64,000 bases of DNA. It comes from Balanoglossus misakiensis (taxonomy: Eukaryota; Animalia; Hemichordata). Below the pieces are notes generated by a model that worked only from the letters and a program-made list of their open reading frames with translations, was not told where the DNA came from and searched no databases. This document shows positions 11,001 to 26,000 of this stretch, in pieces. Position numbers and translations under genes: made by a program. How positions within the stretch are numbered: the stretch's first letter is position 1; each line of letters begins with the position of its first letter. The stretch is taken from the NCBI GenBank assembly GCA_040954595.2, contig CM082580.2, positions 1,106,783 to 1,170,782 on the forward strand, given 5' to 3'.

Positions 11001-14000
11001 ATAAGAAACTTTTTCACTGTAGATCGACGGATAGTTCTAAAATTTCCATGGTTGATTCCAAACACAACCTCGTTTGTTTACAAAATTCTGTTGTAATGCG
11101 CAGAACACATAGCTAGGCCTATGCGCATAAGAAAGTTTTCCACTAGACTCTGTAGATCGAGAGATAGTTCTAAAATATACATGGTTGCCTCAAAACACAG
11201 CCTCGTTTGTTTACAAAATTCTGTTGTGATGCGCAGAACACATAGATAGGCCTATGCGCATAAGAACGTTTTCCACTAGACCTTTTAGATCGACGGATAG
11301 TTCTAAAATTTCCATGGTTGTTTCCAAACAGCCTCGTTTATTTACCGATTTCTGTTGTGAGGCTCTGAACACATAGATAGGCCTATGCGCATAAAAAAGT
11401 TTTCCACTAGACGCTGAAGGTCGACGGATAGTTCTAAAATTTCCATGGTTGCTTCCAAACAGCCTCGTTTATTTACCGATTTCTGTTGTGAGGCGCAGAA
11501 CACATGATAGGCCCATGCGCATAAGAAATTTTTCCACTAGACTCTGTAGATCGACGGATAGTTCTAAAATGTCCATGGTTGCTTCCAAACAAAGCCTCGT
11601 TTGTTTACAAAATTCTGTTGTGATGCGCAGAACACATATATAGGCCTATGCGCATATGAACGTTTCCCACTATACTCTGTAGATCGAGAGATAGTTCTAA
11701 AATTTCCATGTTTGCTTCCAAACAGCCTCGTTTATTTACGGAATTCTGTTTTGAGGCGCAGAACACATAGATAGGCATATGTGCATAAGAAAGTTTTCCA
11801 CTATAGACTCTGTAGATCGAGAGATAGTTCTAAAATTTCCATGGTTGCTTCCAAACACAGCCTCGTTTGTTTACAAAATTCTGTTGTGATGCGCAGAACA
11901 CATATATAGGCCTATGCGCATAAGAACGTTTTCCACTAGACTCTGTAGATCGACGGATAGCTGTAAAATTTCCATGGTTGCTTCCAAACTGCCTCGTTTA
12001 TTTACCGATTTCTGTTGTGAGGCGCAGAACACATGATAGGCCTATGCGCATAAGACATTTTTCCACTAGACTCTGTAGATCGACGGATAGTTCTAAAATT
12101 TCCATGGTTGCTTCCAAACAGCCTCGTTTATTTACCGAATTCTGTTGTGAGGCGCAGAACACGTAATAGACCTATGCGCATTAGAAAGTTTTCCACAAGA
12201 CTCTGTAGATCGACGGATAGATGTAAAATGTCCACGGTTGCTTCCAAATACAGCCTCGTTTATTTACCGATTTCTGTTGTGATGCGCATAACACATATAT
12301 AGGCCTATGCGCAAAAGAACGTTTTCCACTAGACTCTGTAGATCGACAGATAGCTGTAAAATTTCCATGTTTGCTTCCAAACAGCCTCGTTTATTTACGG
12401 AATTCTGTTGTGAGGCGCAGAACACGTAATAGGCCTATGCGCATTAGAAAGTTTTCCACAGGACTCTGTAGATCGACGGATAGTTGTAAAATGTCCATGG
12501 TTGCTTCCAAATACAGCCTCGTTTATTTACCGATTTCTGTTGTGATGCGCATAACATATATATAGGCCTATGCGCAAAAGAACGTTTTCCACTAGACTCT
12601 GTAGATCGACAGATAGCTGTAAAATTTCCATGTTTGCTTGCAAACAGCCTTGTTTATTTACGGAATTCTGTTTTGAGGCGCAGAACACATGATAGGCCTA
12701 TGCGCATACGACATTTTTCCACTAGACTCTGTAGATCGACGGATAGTTGTAAAATTTCCATGGTTGCTTCCAAACAACCTCGTTTGTTTACCGAATTCTG
12801 TTGTGATGCGCAGAACACATATATAGGCCTATGCGCATAAGAACGTTTTCCACTAGACTCTGTAGATCGACGGATAGTTGTAAAATGTTCATGGTTGCTT
12901 CCAAATACAGCCTCGTTTATTTACCGATTTCTGTTGTGATGCGCATAACACATAGATAGGCCTATGCGCATTATAACGTTTTCCACTAGACTCTGTAGAT
13001 CGACGGATAGTTGTAAAATTTCCATGGTTGCTTCCAAACAGCCTCGTTTATTTACCGAATTCTGTTGTTAGGCGCAGAACACGTTATAGGCCTATGCGCA
13101 TAAGAAAGTTTTCCACCAGACTCTGTAGATCGACGGATTTTTGTAAAATTTCCATGGTTGCTTCCAAACAGCCTCGTTTATTTACCGAATTCTGTTGTTA
13201 GGCGCAGAACACGTTATAGGCCTATGCGCATAAGAAAGTTTTCCACCAGACTCTGTAGATGGACTGATAGTTGTAAAATTTCCATGGTTGCTTCCAAACA
13301 GCCTCGTTTATTTACTGATTTCTGTTGTGAGGCGCAGAACACATGATAGGCCAATGCGCATAAGACATTTTTCCACTAGACTCTGTAGATCGACGGATAG
13401 TTGTAAAATTTCCATGGTTGCTTCCAAACAGCCTCGTTTATTTACCGAATTCTGTTGTGAGGCGCAGAACACATAGATAGGCATATGTGCATAAGAAAGT
13501 TTTCCACTATAGACTCTGTAGATCGAGAGATAGTTCTAAAATGTCCATGGTTGCTACCAAACACAGCCTCGTTTGTTTACAAAATTCTGTTGTGATGCGC
13601 AGAACACATAGATAGGCCTATGCGCATATGAACGTTTTCCACCATACACTGTAGATCGAGAGATAGTTCTAAAACTTCCATGTTTGCTTCCAAACAGCCT
13701 CGTTTATTTGCGGAATTCTGTTTTGAGGCGCAGAACACATAGATAGGCATATGTGAATAAGAAAGTTTTCCACTATAGACTCTGTAGATCGAGAGATAGT
13801 TGTAAAATTTCCATGGTTGCTTCCAAACAGCCTCGTTTATTTACCGATTTCTGTTGTGAGGCGCAGAACACATAGATAGGCCTATGCGCATAAAAAACTT
13901 TTCAACTTTAGATCAACGGATAGTTCTAAAATTTCCATGGTTGTTTCCAAACAGCCTCGTTTATTTACCGAATTCTGTTGTGATGCGTAGAACACATACA

Positions 14001-17000
14001 TATGCCTATGCGCATAAGAAAGTTTTCCACTAGACTCCGTAGATCGACGAATAGTTCTAAAATGTCCATGGTTGCTTCCAAACAAAGCCTGGTTTGTTTA
14101 CAAAATTCTGTTGTGATGCGCAGAACACATAGATAGGCCTATGCGCATATGAACGTTTTCCACTATACTCTGTAGATCGAGAGATAGTTCTAAAATTTCC
14201 ATGTTTGCTTCCAAACAGCCTCGTTTATTTACGGAATTCTGTTTTGAGGCGCAGAACACATAGATAGGCATATGTGCATAAGAAAGTTTTCCACTATAGA
14301 CTCTGTAGATCGACGGATAGTTGTAAAATTTCCATGGTTGCTTCCAAACAGCCTCGTTTATTTACCGAATTCTGTTGTAAGGCACAGAACACATAGATAG
14401 GCCTATGTGCATAAGAAAGTTTTCCACTATAGACTCTGTAGATCGAGAGATAGTTCTAAAATGTCCATGGTTGCTTCCAAACACAGCCTCGTTTGTTTAC
14501 AAAATTCTGTTGTGATGCGCAGAACACATATATAGGCCTATGCGCATAATAACGTTTTCCACTAGACTCTGTAGATCGACGGATAGTTGTAAAATTTCCA
14601 TGGTTGCTTCCAAACAGCCTCGTTTATTTACCGAATTCTGTTGTGAGGCGCAGAACACATAGATAGGCATATGTGCATAAGAAAGTTTTCCACTATAGAC
14701 TCTGTAGATCGAGAGATAGTTCTAAAATGTCCATGGTTGCTACCAAACACAGCCTCGTTTGTTTACAAAATTCTGTTGTGATGCGCAGAACACATATATA
14801 GGCCTATGCGCATAAGAACGTTAGCACTAGACTCTGTAGATCGACGGATAGTTGTAAAATTTCCATGGTTGCTTCCAAACAGCCTCGTTTATTTACTGAT
14901 TTCTGTTGTGAGGCGCAGAACACATGATAGGCCAATGCGCATAAGACATTTTTCCACTAGATTCTGTAGATCGACGGATAGTTGTAAAATTTCCATGGTT
15001 GCTTCCAAACAACCTCGTTTGTTTACGAATTCTGTTGTGATGCGCAGAACACATATATAGGCCTATGCGCATAAGAACGTTTTCCACTAGACTCTGTAGA
15101 TCGAGAGATAGTTCTAAAATTTCCATGGTTGCTTCCAAACAGCCTCGTTTATTTACCGAATTCTGTTGTGAGACGCAGAACACGTAATAGGCCTGTGCGC
15201 ATAAGAAAGTTTTCCACCAGACTCCGTAGATCGACGGATAGTTGTAAAATTTCCATGGTTGCTTCCAAACAGCCTCGTTTATTTACGGAATTCTGTTGTG
15301 AGGCGCAGAACACGTAATAGGCCTATGCGCATTAGAAAGTTTTCCACAGGACTCTGTAGATCGACGGATAGTTGTAAAATGTCCATGGTTGCTTCCAAAT
15401 ACAGCCTCGTTTATTTACCGATTTCTGTTGTGATGCGCATAACATATATTTAGGCCTATGCGCAAAAGAACGTTTTCCACTAGACTCTGTAGATCGACGG
15501 ATAGCTGTAAAATTTCCATGTTTGCTTGCAAACAGCCTTGTTTATTTACGGAATTCTGTTTTGAGGCGCAGAACACATGATAGGCCTATGCGCATACGAC
15601 ATTTTTCCACTAGACTCTGTAGATCGACGGATAGTTGTAAAATTTCCATGGTTGCTTCCAAACAACCTCGTTTGTTTACCGAATTCTGTTGTGATGCGCA
15701 GAACACATATATAGGCCTATGCGCATAAGAACGTTTTCCACTAGACTCTGTAGATCGACGGATAGTTGTAAAATGTTCATGGTTGCTTCCAAATACAGCC
15801 TCGTTTATTTACCGATTTCTGTTGTGATGCGCATAACACATAGATAGGCCTATGCGCATTATAACGTTTTCCACTAGACTCTGTAGATCGACGGATAGTT
15901 GTAAAATTTCCATGGTTGCTTCCAAACAGCCTCGTTTATTTACCGAATTCTGTTGTTAGGCGCAGAACACGTTATAGGCCTATGCGCATAAGAAAGTTTT
16001 CCACCAGACTCTGTAGATCGACGGATTTTTGTAAAATTTCCATGGTTGCTTCCAAACAGCCTCGTTTATTTACCGAATTCTGTTGTTAGGCGCAGAACAC
16101 GTTATAGGCCTATGCGCATAAGAAAGTTTTCCACCAGACTCTGTAGATGGACTGATAGTTGTAAAATTTCCATGGTTGCTTCCAAACAGCCTCGTTTATT
16201 TACTGATTTCTGTTGTGAGGCGCAGAACACATGATAGGCCAATGCGCATAAGACATTTTTCCACTAGACTCTGTAGATCGACGGATAGTTGTAAAATTCC
16301 CATGGTTGCTTCCAAACAACCTCGTTTGTTTACGAATTCTGTTGTGATGCGCAGAACACATATATAGGGCTATGCGCATAAGAAAGTTTTCCACCAGACT
16401 CCGTAGATCGACGGATAGTTGTAAAATTTCCATGGTTGCTTCCAAACAGCCTCGTTTATTTACCGAATTCTGTTGTGAGGCGCAGAACACATAGATAGGC
16501 ATATGTGCATAAGAAAGTTTTCCACTATAGACTCTGTAGATCGAGAGATAGTTCTAAAATGTCCATGGTTGCTACCAAACACAGCCTCGTTTGTTTACAA
16601 AATTCTGTTGTGATGCGCAGAACACATAGATAGGCCTATGCGCATATGAACGTTTTCCACCATACACTGTAGATCGAGAGATAGTTCTAAAACTTCCATG
16701 TTTGCTTCCAAACAGCCTCGTTTATTTGCGGAATTCTGTTTTGAGGCGCAGAACACATAGATAGGCATATGTGAATAAGAAAGTTTTCCACTATAGACTC
16801 TGTAGATCGAGAGATAGTTGTAAAATTTCCATGGTTGCTTCCAAACAGCCTCGTTTATTTACCGATTTCTGTTGTGAGGCGCAGAACACATAGGTAGGCC
16901 TATGCGCATAAAAAACTTTTCAACTTTAGATCAACGGATAGTTCTAAAATTTCCATGGTTGTTTCCAAACAGCCTCGTTTATTTACCGAATTCTGTTGTG

Positions 17001-20000
17001 ATGCGTAGAACACATACATATGCCTATGCGCATAAGAAAGTTTTCCACTAGACTCCGTAGATCGACGAATAGTTCTAAAATGTCCATGGTTGCTTCCAAA
17101 CAAAGCCTGGTTTGTTTACAAAATTCTGTTGTGATGCGCAGAACACATAGATAGGCCTATGCGCATATGAACGTTTTCCACTATACTCTGTAGATCGAGA
17201 GATAGTTCTAAAATTTCCATGTTTGCTTCCAAACAGCCTCGTTTATTTACGGAATTCTGTTTTGAGGCGCAGAACACATAGATAGGCATATGTGCATAAG
17301 AAAGTTTTCCACTATAGACTCTGTAGATCGAGAGATAGTTCTAAAATGTCCATGGTTGCTTCCAAACACAGCCTCGTTTGTTTACAAAATTCTGTTGTGA
17401 TGCGCAGAACACATATATAGGCCTATGCGCATAATAACGTTTTCCACTAGACTCTGTAGATCGACGGATAGTTGTAAAATTTCCATGGTTGCTTCCAAAC
17501 AGCCTCGTTTATTTACCGAATTCTGTTGTAAGGCACAGAACACATAGATAGGCCTATGTGCATAAGAAAGTTTTCCACTATAGACTCTGTAGATCGAGAG
17601 ATAGTTCTAAAATGTCCATGGTTGCTTCCAAACACAGCCTCGTTTGTTTACAAAATTCTGTTGTGATGCGCAGAACACATATATAGGCCTATGCGCATAA
17701 TAACGTTTTCCACTAGACTCTGTAGATCGACGGATAGTTGTAAAATTTCCATGGTTGCTTCCAAACAGCCTCGTTTATTTACCGAATTCTGTTGTGAGGC
17801 GCAGAACACATAGATAGGCATATGTGCATAAGAAAGTTTTCCACTATAGACTCTGTAGATCGAGAGATAGTTCTAAAATGTCCATGGTTGCTACCAAACA
17901 CAGCCTCGTTTGTTTACAAAATTCTGTTGTGATGCGCAGAACACATATATAGGCCTATGCGCATAAGAACGTTTCCACTAGACTCTGTAGATCGACGGAT
18001 AGTTGTAAAATTTCCATGGTTGCTTCCAAACAGCCTCGTTTATTTACTGATTTCTGTTGTGAGGCGCAGAACACATGATAGGCCAATGCGCATAAGACAT
18101 TTTTCCACTAGACTCTGTAGATCGACGGATAGTTGTAAAATTTCCATGGTTGCTTCCAAACAACCTCGTTTGTTTACGAATTCTGTTGTGATGCGCAGAA
18201 CACATATATAGGCCTATGCGCATAAGAACGTTTTCCACTAGACTCTGTAGATCGAGAGATAGTTCTAAAATTTCCATGGTTGCTTCCAAACAGCCTCGTT
18301 TATTTACCGAATTCTGTTGTGAGACGCAGAACACGTAATAGGCCTATGCGCATAAGAAAGTTTTCCACCAGACTCCGTAGATCGACGGATAGTTGTAAAA
18401 TTTCCATGGTTGCTTCCAAACAGCCTCGTTTATTTACCGAATTCTGTTGTGAGGCGCAGAACACATAGATAGGCCTATGTGCATAAGAAAGTTTTCCACT
18501 ATAGACTCTGTAGATCGAGAGATAGTTCTAAAATGTCCATGGTTGCTACCAAACACAGCCTCGTTTGTTTACAAAATTCTGTTGTGATGCGCAGAACACA
18601 TAGATAGGCCTATGCGCATATGAACGTTTTCCACTATACACTGTAGATCGAGAGATAGTTCTAAAACTTCCATGTTTGCTTCCAAACAGCCTCGTTTATT
18701 TGCGGAATTCTGTTTTGAGGCGCAGAACACATAGATAGGCATATGTGAATAAGAAAGTTTTCCACTATAGACTCTGTAGATCGAGAGATAGTTGTAAAAT
18801 TTCCATGGTTGCTTCCAAACAGCCTCGTTTATTTACCGATTTCTGTTGTGAGGCGCAGAACACATAGATAGGCCTATGCGCATAAAAAACTTTTCAACTT
18901 TAGATCAACGGATAGTTCTAAAATTTCCATGGTTGCTTCCAAACACAGCCTCGTTTGTTTACAAAATTCTGTTGTGATGCGCAGAACACATATATAGGCC
19001 TATGCGCATCAGAACGTTTTCCACTAGACTCTGTATATCCACGGATAGCTGTAAAATTGCCATGTTTGCTTCCAAATAGCCTCGTTTATTTACGGAATTC
19101 TGTTTTTAGGCGCAGAACACATAGATAGGCATATGTGCATAAGAAAGTTTTCCACTATAGACTCTGTAGATCGAGAGATAGTTCTAAAATGTCCATGGTT
19201 GCTTCCAAACACAGCCTCGTTTGTTTACAAAATTCTGTTGTGATGCGCAGAACACATATATAGGCCTATGCGCAAAAGAACGTTTTCCACTAGACTCTGT
19301 AGATCGACGGATAGCTGTAAAATTTCCATGGTTGCTTCCAAACTGCCTCGTTTATTTACCGATTTCTGTTGTGAGGCGCAGAACACATGATAGGCCTATG
19401 CGCATAAGACATTTTTCCACTAGACTCTGTAGATCGACGGATAGTTCTAAAATTTCCATGGTTGCTTCCAAACAGCCTCGTTTATTTACGGAATTCTGTT
19501 GTGAGGCGCAGAACACATGATAGGCCTATGCGCATTAGAAAGTTTTCCTCAAGACTCTGTAGATCGACGGATAGTTGTAAAATGTCCATGGTTGCTTCCA
19601 AATACAGCCTCGTTTATTTACCGATTTCTGTTGTGATGCGCATAACACATATATAGGCCTATGCGCAAAAGAACGTTTACCACTAGACTCTGTAGATCGA
19701 CGGATAGCTGTAAAATTTCCATGTTTGCTTGCAAACAGCCTCGTTTATTTACGGAATTCTGTTTTGAGGCGCAGAACACATGATAGGCCTATGCGCATAC
19801 GACATTTTTCCACTAGACTCTGTAGATCGACGGATAGTTGTAAAATGTCCATGGTTGCTTCCAAACAACCTCGTTTGTTTACCGAATTCTGTTGTGATGC
19901 GCAGAACACATATATAGGCCTATGCGCATAAGAACGTTTTCCACTAGACTCTGTAGATCGACGGATAGTTGTAAAATGTTCATGGTTGCTTCCAAATACA

Positions 20001-23000
20001 GCCTCGTTTATTTACCGATTTCTGTTGTGATGCGCATAACACATAGATAGGCCTATGCGCATTATAACGTTTTCCACTAGACTCTGTAGATCGACGGATA
20101 GTTGTAAAATTTCCATGGTTGCTTCCAAACAGCCTCGTTTATTTACCGAATTCTGTTGTTTGGCGCAGAACACGTTATAGGCCTATGCGCATAAGTAAGT
20201 TTTCCACCAGACTCTGTAGATCGACGGATAGTTGTAAAATTTCCATGGTTGCTTCCAAACAGCCTCGTTTATTTACCGAATTCTGTTGTTAGGCGCAGAA
20301 CACGTTATAGGCCTATGCGCATAAGAAAGTTTTCCACCAGACTCTGTAGATGGACTGATAGTTGTAAAATTTCCATGGTTGCTTCCAAACAGCCTCGTTT
20401 ATTTACTGATTTCTGTTGTGAGGCGCAGAACACATGATAGGCCAATGCGCATAAGACATTTTTCCACTAGACTGTAGATCGACGGATAGTTGTAAAATTT
20501 CCATGGTTTCTTCCAAACAACCTCGTTTGTTTACGAATTCTGTTGTGATGCGCAGAACACATATATAGGGCTATGCGCATAAGAAAGTTTTCCACCAGAC
20601 TCCGTAGATCGACGGATAGTTGTAAAATTTCCATGGTTGCTTCCAAACAGCCTCGTTTATTTACCGAATTCTGTTGTGAGGCGCAGAACACATAGATAGG
20701 CATATGTGCATAAGAAAGTTTTCCACTATAGACTCTGTAGATCGAGAGATAGTTCTAAAATGTCCATGGTTGCTACCAAACACAGCCTCGTTTGTTTACA
20801 AAATTCTGTTGTGATGCGCAGAACACATAGATAGGCCTATGCGCATATGAACGTTTTCCACCATACACTGTAGATCGAGAGATAGTTCTAAAACTTCCAT
20901 GTTTGCTTCCAAACAGCCTCGTTTATTTGCGGAATTCTGTTGTGATGCGCAGAACACATATATAGGCCTATGCGCATAATAACGTTTTCCACTAGACTCT
21001 GTACATCGACGGATAGTTGTAAAATTTCCATGGTTGCTTCCAAACAGCCTCGTTTATTTACCGAATTCTGTTGTAAGGCACAGAACACATAGATAGGCCT
21101 ATGTGCATAAGAAAGTTTTCCACTATAGACTCTGTAGATCGAGAGATAGTTCTAAAATGTCGATGGTTGCTTCCAAACACAGCCTCGTTTGTTTACAAAA
21201 TTCTGTTGTGATGCGCAGAACACATATATAGGCCTATGCGCATAATAACGTTTTCCACTAGACTCTGTAGATCGACGGATAGTTGTAAAATTTCCATGGT
21301 TGCTTCCAAACAGCCTCGTTTATTTACCGAATTCTGTTGTGAGGCGCAGAACACATAGATAGGCATATGTGCATAAGAAAGTTTTCCACTATAGACTCTG
21401 TAGATCGAGAGATAGTTCTAAAATGTCCATGGTTGCTACCAAACACAGCCTCGTTTGTTTACAAAATTCTGTTGTGATGCGCAGAACACATATATAGGCC
21501 TATGCGCATAAGAACGTTTCCACTAGACTCTGTAGATCGACGGATAGTTGTAAAATTTCCATGGTTGCTTCCAAACAGCCTCGTTTATTTACCGAATTCT
21601 GTTGTTAGGCGCAGAACACGTTATAGGCCTATGCGCATAAGAAAGTTTTCCACCAGACTCTGTAGATGGACTGATAGTTGTAAAATTTCCATGGTTGCTT
21701 CCAAACAGCCTCGTTTATTTACTGATTTCTGTTGTGAGGCGCAGAACACATGATAGGCCAATGCGCATAAGACATTTTTCCACTAGACTCTGTAGATCGA
21801 CGGATAGTTGTAAAATTTCCATGGTTGCTTCCAAACAACCTCGTTTGTTTACGAATTCTGTTGTGATGCGCAGAACACATATATAGGCCTATGCGCATAA
21901 GAACGTTTTCCACTAGACTCTGTAGATCGAGAGATAGTTCTAAAATTTCCATGGTTGCTTCCAAACAGCCTCGTTTATTTACCGAATTCTGTTGTGAGAC
22001 GCAGAACACGTAATAGGCCTATGCGCATAAGAAAGTTTTCCACCAGACTCCGTAGATCGACGGATAGTTGTAAAATTTCCATGGTTGCTTCCAAACAGCC
22101 TCGTTTATTTACCGAATTCTGTTGTGAGGCGCAGAACACATAGATAGGCATATGTGCATAAGAAAGTTTTCCACTATAGACTCTGTAGATCGAGAGATAG
22201 TTCTAAAATGTCCATGGTTGCTACCAAACACAGCCTCGTTTGTTTACAAAATTCTGTTGTGATGCGCAGAACACATATATAGGCCTATGCGCATAAGAAC
22301 GTTTCCACTAGACTCTGTAGATCGACGGATAGCTGTAAAATTTCCATGGTTGCTTCCAAACAGCCTCGTTTATTTACCGATTTCTGTTGTGAGGCGCAGA
22401 ACACATGATAGGCCTATGCGCATGAGACATTTTTCCACTAGACTCTGTAGATCGACGGATAGTTGTAAAATTTCATGGTTGCTTCCAAATACAGCCTCGT
22501 TTATTTACCGATTTCTGTTGTGAGGCGCAGAACACATAGATAGGCCTATGTGCATAAGAAAGTTTTCCACTATAGACTCTGTAGATCGAGAGATAGTTCT
22601 AAAATGTCCATGGTTGCTTCCAAACACAGCCTCGTTTGTTTACAAAATTCTGTTGTGATGCGCAGAACACATATATAGGCCTATGCGCATAATAACGTTT
22701 TCCACTAGACTCTGTAGATCGACGGATAGTTGTAAAATTTCCATGGTTGCTTCCAAACAGCCTCGTTTATTTACCGATTTCTGTTGTGAGGCGCAGAACA
22801 CATGATAGGCCTATGCGCATGAGACATTTTTCCACTAGACTCTGTAGATCGACGGATAGTTGTAAAATTTCATGGTTGCTTCCAAATACAGCCTCGTTTA
22901 TTTACCGATTTCTGTTGTGAGGCGCAGAACACATAGATAGGCCTATGTGCATAAGAAAGTTTTCCACTATAGACTCTGTAGATCGAGAGATAGTTCTAAA

Positions 23001-26000
23001 ATGTCCATGGTTGCTTCCAAACACAGCCTCGTTTGTTTACAAAATTCTGTTGTGATGCGCAGAACACATATATAGGCCTATGCGCATAATAACGTTTTCC
23101 ACTAGACTCTGTAGATCGACGGATAGTTGTAAAATTTCCATGGTTGCTTCCAAACAGCCTCGTTTATTTACCGAATTCTGTTGTGAGGCGCAGAACACAT
23201 AGATAGGCATATGTGCATAAGAAAGTTTTCCACTATAGACTCTGTAGATCGAGAGATAGTTCTAAAATGTCCATGGTTGCTACCATACACAGCCTCGTTT
23301 GTTTACAAAATTCTGTTGTGAATCGCAGAACACATATATAGGCCTATGCGCATAAGAACGTTTCCACTAGACTCTGTAGATCGACGGATTGCTGTAAAAT
23401 TTCATGGTTGCTTCCAAATACAGCCTCGTTTATTTACCGATTTCTGTTGTGATGCGCATAACACATAGATAGGCCTATGCGCATAAGAACGTTTTACACT
23501 AGACTCTGTAGATCGACGGATAGTTGTACAATTTCCATGGTTGCTTCCAAACAGCTTCGTTTATTTACCGATTTCTGTTGTGAGGCGCAGAACACATGAT
23601 AGGCCTATGCGCATAAGACATTTTTCCACTAGACTCTGTAGATCGACGGATAGTTCTAAAAGTTCCATGGTTGCTTCCAAACAGCCTCGTTTATTTACCG
23701 AATTCTGTTGTGAGGCGCAGAGCACGTAATAGGCCTATGCGCATCAGAAAGTTTTCCACCAGACTCTGTAGATCGACGGATAGTTGTAAAATTTCCATGG
23801 TTGCTTCCAAACACAGCCTCGTTTGTTTACAAAATTCTGTTGTGATGCGCAGAACACATATATAGGCCTATGCGCATAATAACGTTTTCCACTAGACTCT
23901 GTAGATCGACGGATAGTTGTAAAATTTCCATGGTTGCTTCCAAACAGCCTCGTTTATTTACCGAATTCTGTTGTGAGGCGCAGAACACATAGATAGGCAT
24001 ATGTGCATAAGAAAGTTTTCCACTATAGACTCTATAGATCGAGAGATAGTTCTAAAATGTCCATGGTTGCTTCCAAACACAGCCTCGTTTGTTTACAAAA
24101 TTCTGTTGTGATGCGCAGAACACATATATAGGCCTATGCGCATAAGAACGTTTCCACTAGACTCTGTAGATCGACGGATAGCTGTAAAATTTCCATGGTT
24201 GCTTTTAAACAGCCTCGTTTATTTACCGATTTCTGTTGTGAGGCGCAGAACACATAGATAGGCATATGTGCATAAGAAAGTTTTCCACTATAGACTCTGT
24301 AGATCGAGAGATAGTTCTAAAATGTCCATGGTTGCTACCAAACACAGCCTCGTTTGTTTAAAAAATTCTGTTGTGATGCGCAGAACACATATATAGGCCT
24401 ATGCGCATAAGAACGTTTCCACTAGACTCTGTAGATCGACAGATAGCTGTAAAATTTCCATGGTTGCTTCCAAACAGCCTCGTTTATTTACCGATTTCTG
24501 TTGTGAGGCGCAGAACACATGATAGGCCTATGCGCATGAGACATTTTTCCACTAGACTCTGTAGATCGACGGATAGTTGTAAAATTTCATGGTTGCTTCC
24601 AAATACAGCCTCGTTTATTTACCGATTTCTGTTGTGAGGCGCAGAACACATAGATAGGCCTATGTGCATAAGAAAGTTTTCCACTATAGACTCTGTAGAT
24701 CGAGAGATAGTTCTAAAATGTCCATGGTTGCTTCCAAACACAGCCTCGTTTGTTTACAAAATTCTGTTGTGATGCGCAGAACACATATATAGGCCTATGC
24801 GCATAATAACGTTTTCCACTAGACTCTGTAGATCGACGGATAGCTGTAAAATTTCCATGGTTGCTTTTAAACAGCCTCGTTTATTTACCGATTTCTGTTG
24901 TGAGGCGCAGAACACATAGATAGGCATATGTGCATAAGAAAGTTTTCCACTATAGACTCTGTAGATCGAGAGATAGTTCTAAAATGTCCATGGTTGCTTC
25001 CAAACACAGCCTCGTTTATTTACCGATTTCTGTTGTGATGCGCATAACACATAGATAGGCCTATGCGCATAAGAACGTTTTCCACTAGACTCTGTAGATC
25101 GACGGATAGTTGTACAATTTCCATGGTTGCTTCCAAACAGCATCGTTTATTTACCGAATTCTGTTGTGAGGCGCAGAACACGTAATAGGTCTATGCGCAT
25201 AAGGAAGTTTTCCACCAGACTCTGTAGATCGACGGATAGTTGTAAAATTTCATGGTTGCTTCCAAATACAGCCTCGTTTATTTACCGATTTCTGTTGTGA
25301 TGCGCATAACACATAGATAGGCCTATGCGCATAAGAACGTTTTCCACTAGACTATGTAGATCGACGGATAGTTGTACAATTTCCATGGTTGCTTCCAAAC
25401 AGCCTCGTTTATTTACCGATTTCTGTTGTGAGGCGCAGAACACATGATAGGCCTATGCGCATAAGACATTTTTCCACTAGACTCTGTAGATCGACGGATA
25501 GTTCTAAAATTTCCATGGTTGCTTCCAAACAGCCTCGTTTATTTACCGAATTCTGTTGTGAGGCGCAGAGCACGCAATAGGCCTATGCGCATAAGAAAGT
25601 TTTCCACCAGACTCCGTAGATCGACGGATAGTTGTAAAAGTTCCATGGTTGTTTCCAAACACAGCCTCGTTCATTTACAAAATTCTGTTGTGATGCGCTG
25701 AACACATACATATGCCTATGCGCATAAGAAAGTTTCCCACTAGACTCTGTAGATCGACGGATAGTTCTAAAATTTCCATGATTTCTTCCAAACACATCCT
25801 CGATTGTTTACAAAATTCTGTTGTGATGCGCAGAACACATAGATAGGCCTGTGCGCATATGAACGTTTTCCACTATACACTGTAGATCCAGAGATAGTTC
25901 TAAAACTTCCATGTTTGCTTCCAAACAGCCTCGTTTATTTGCGGAATTCTGTTTTGAGGCGCAGAACACATAGATAGGCATATGTGAATAAGAAAGTTTT

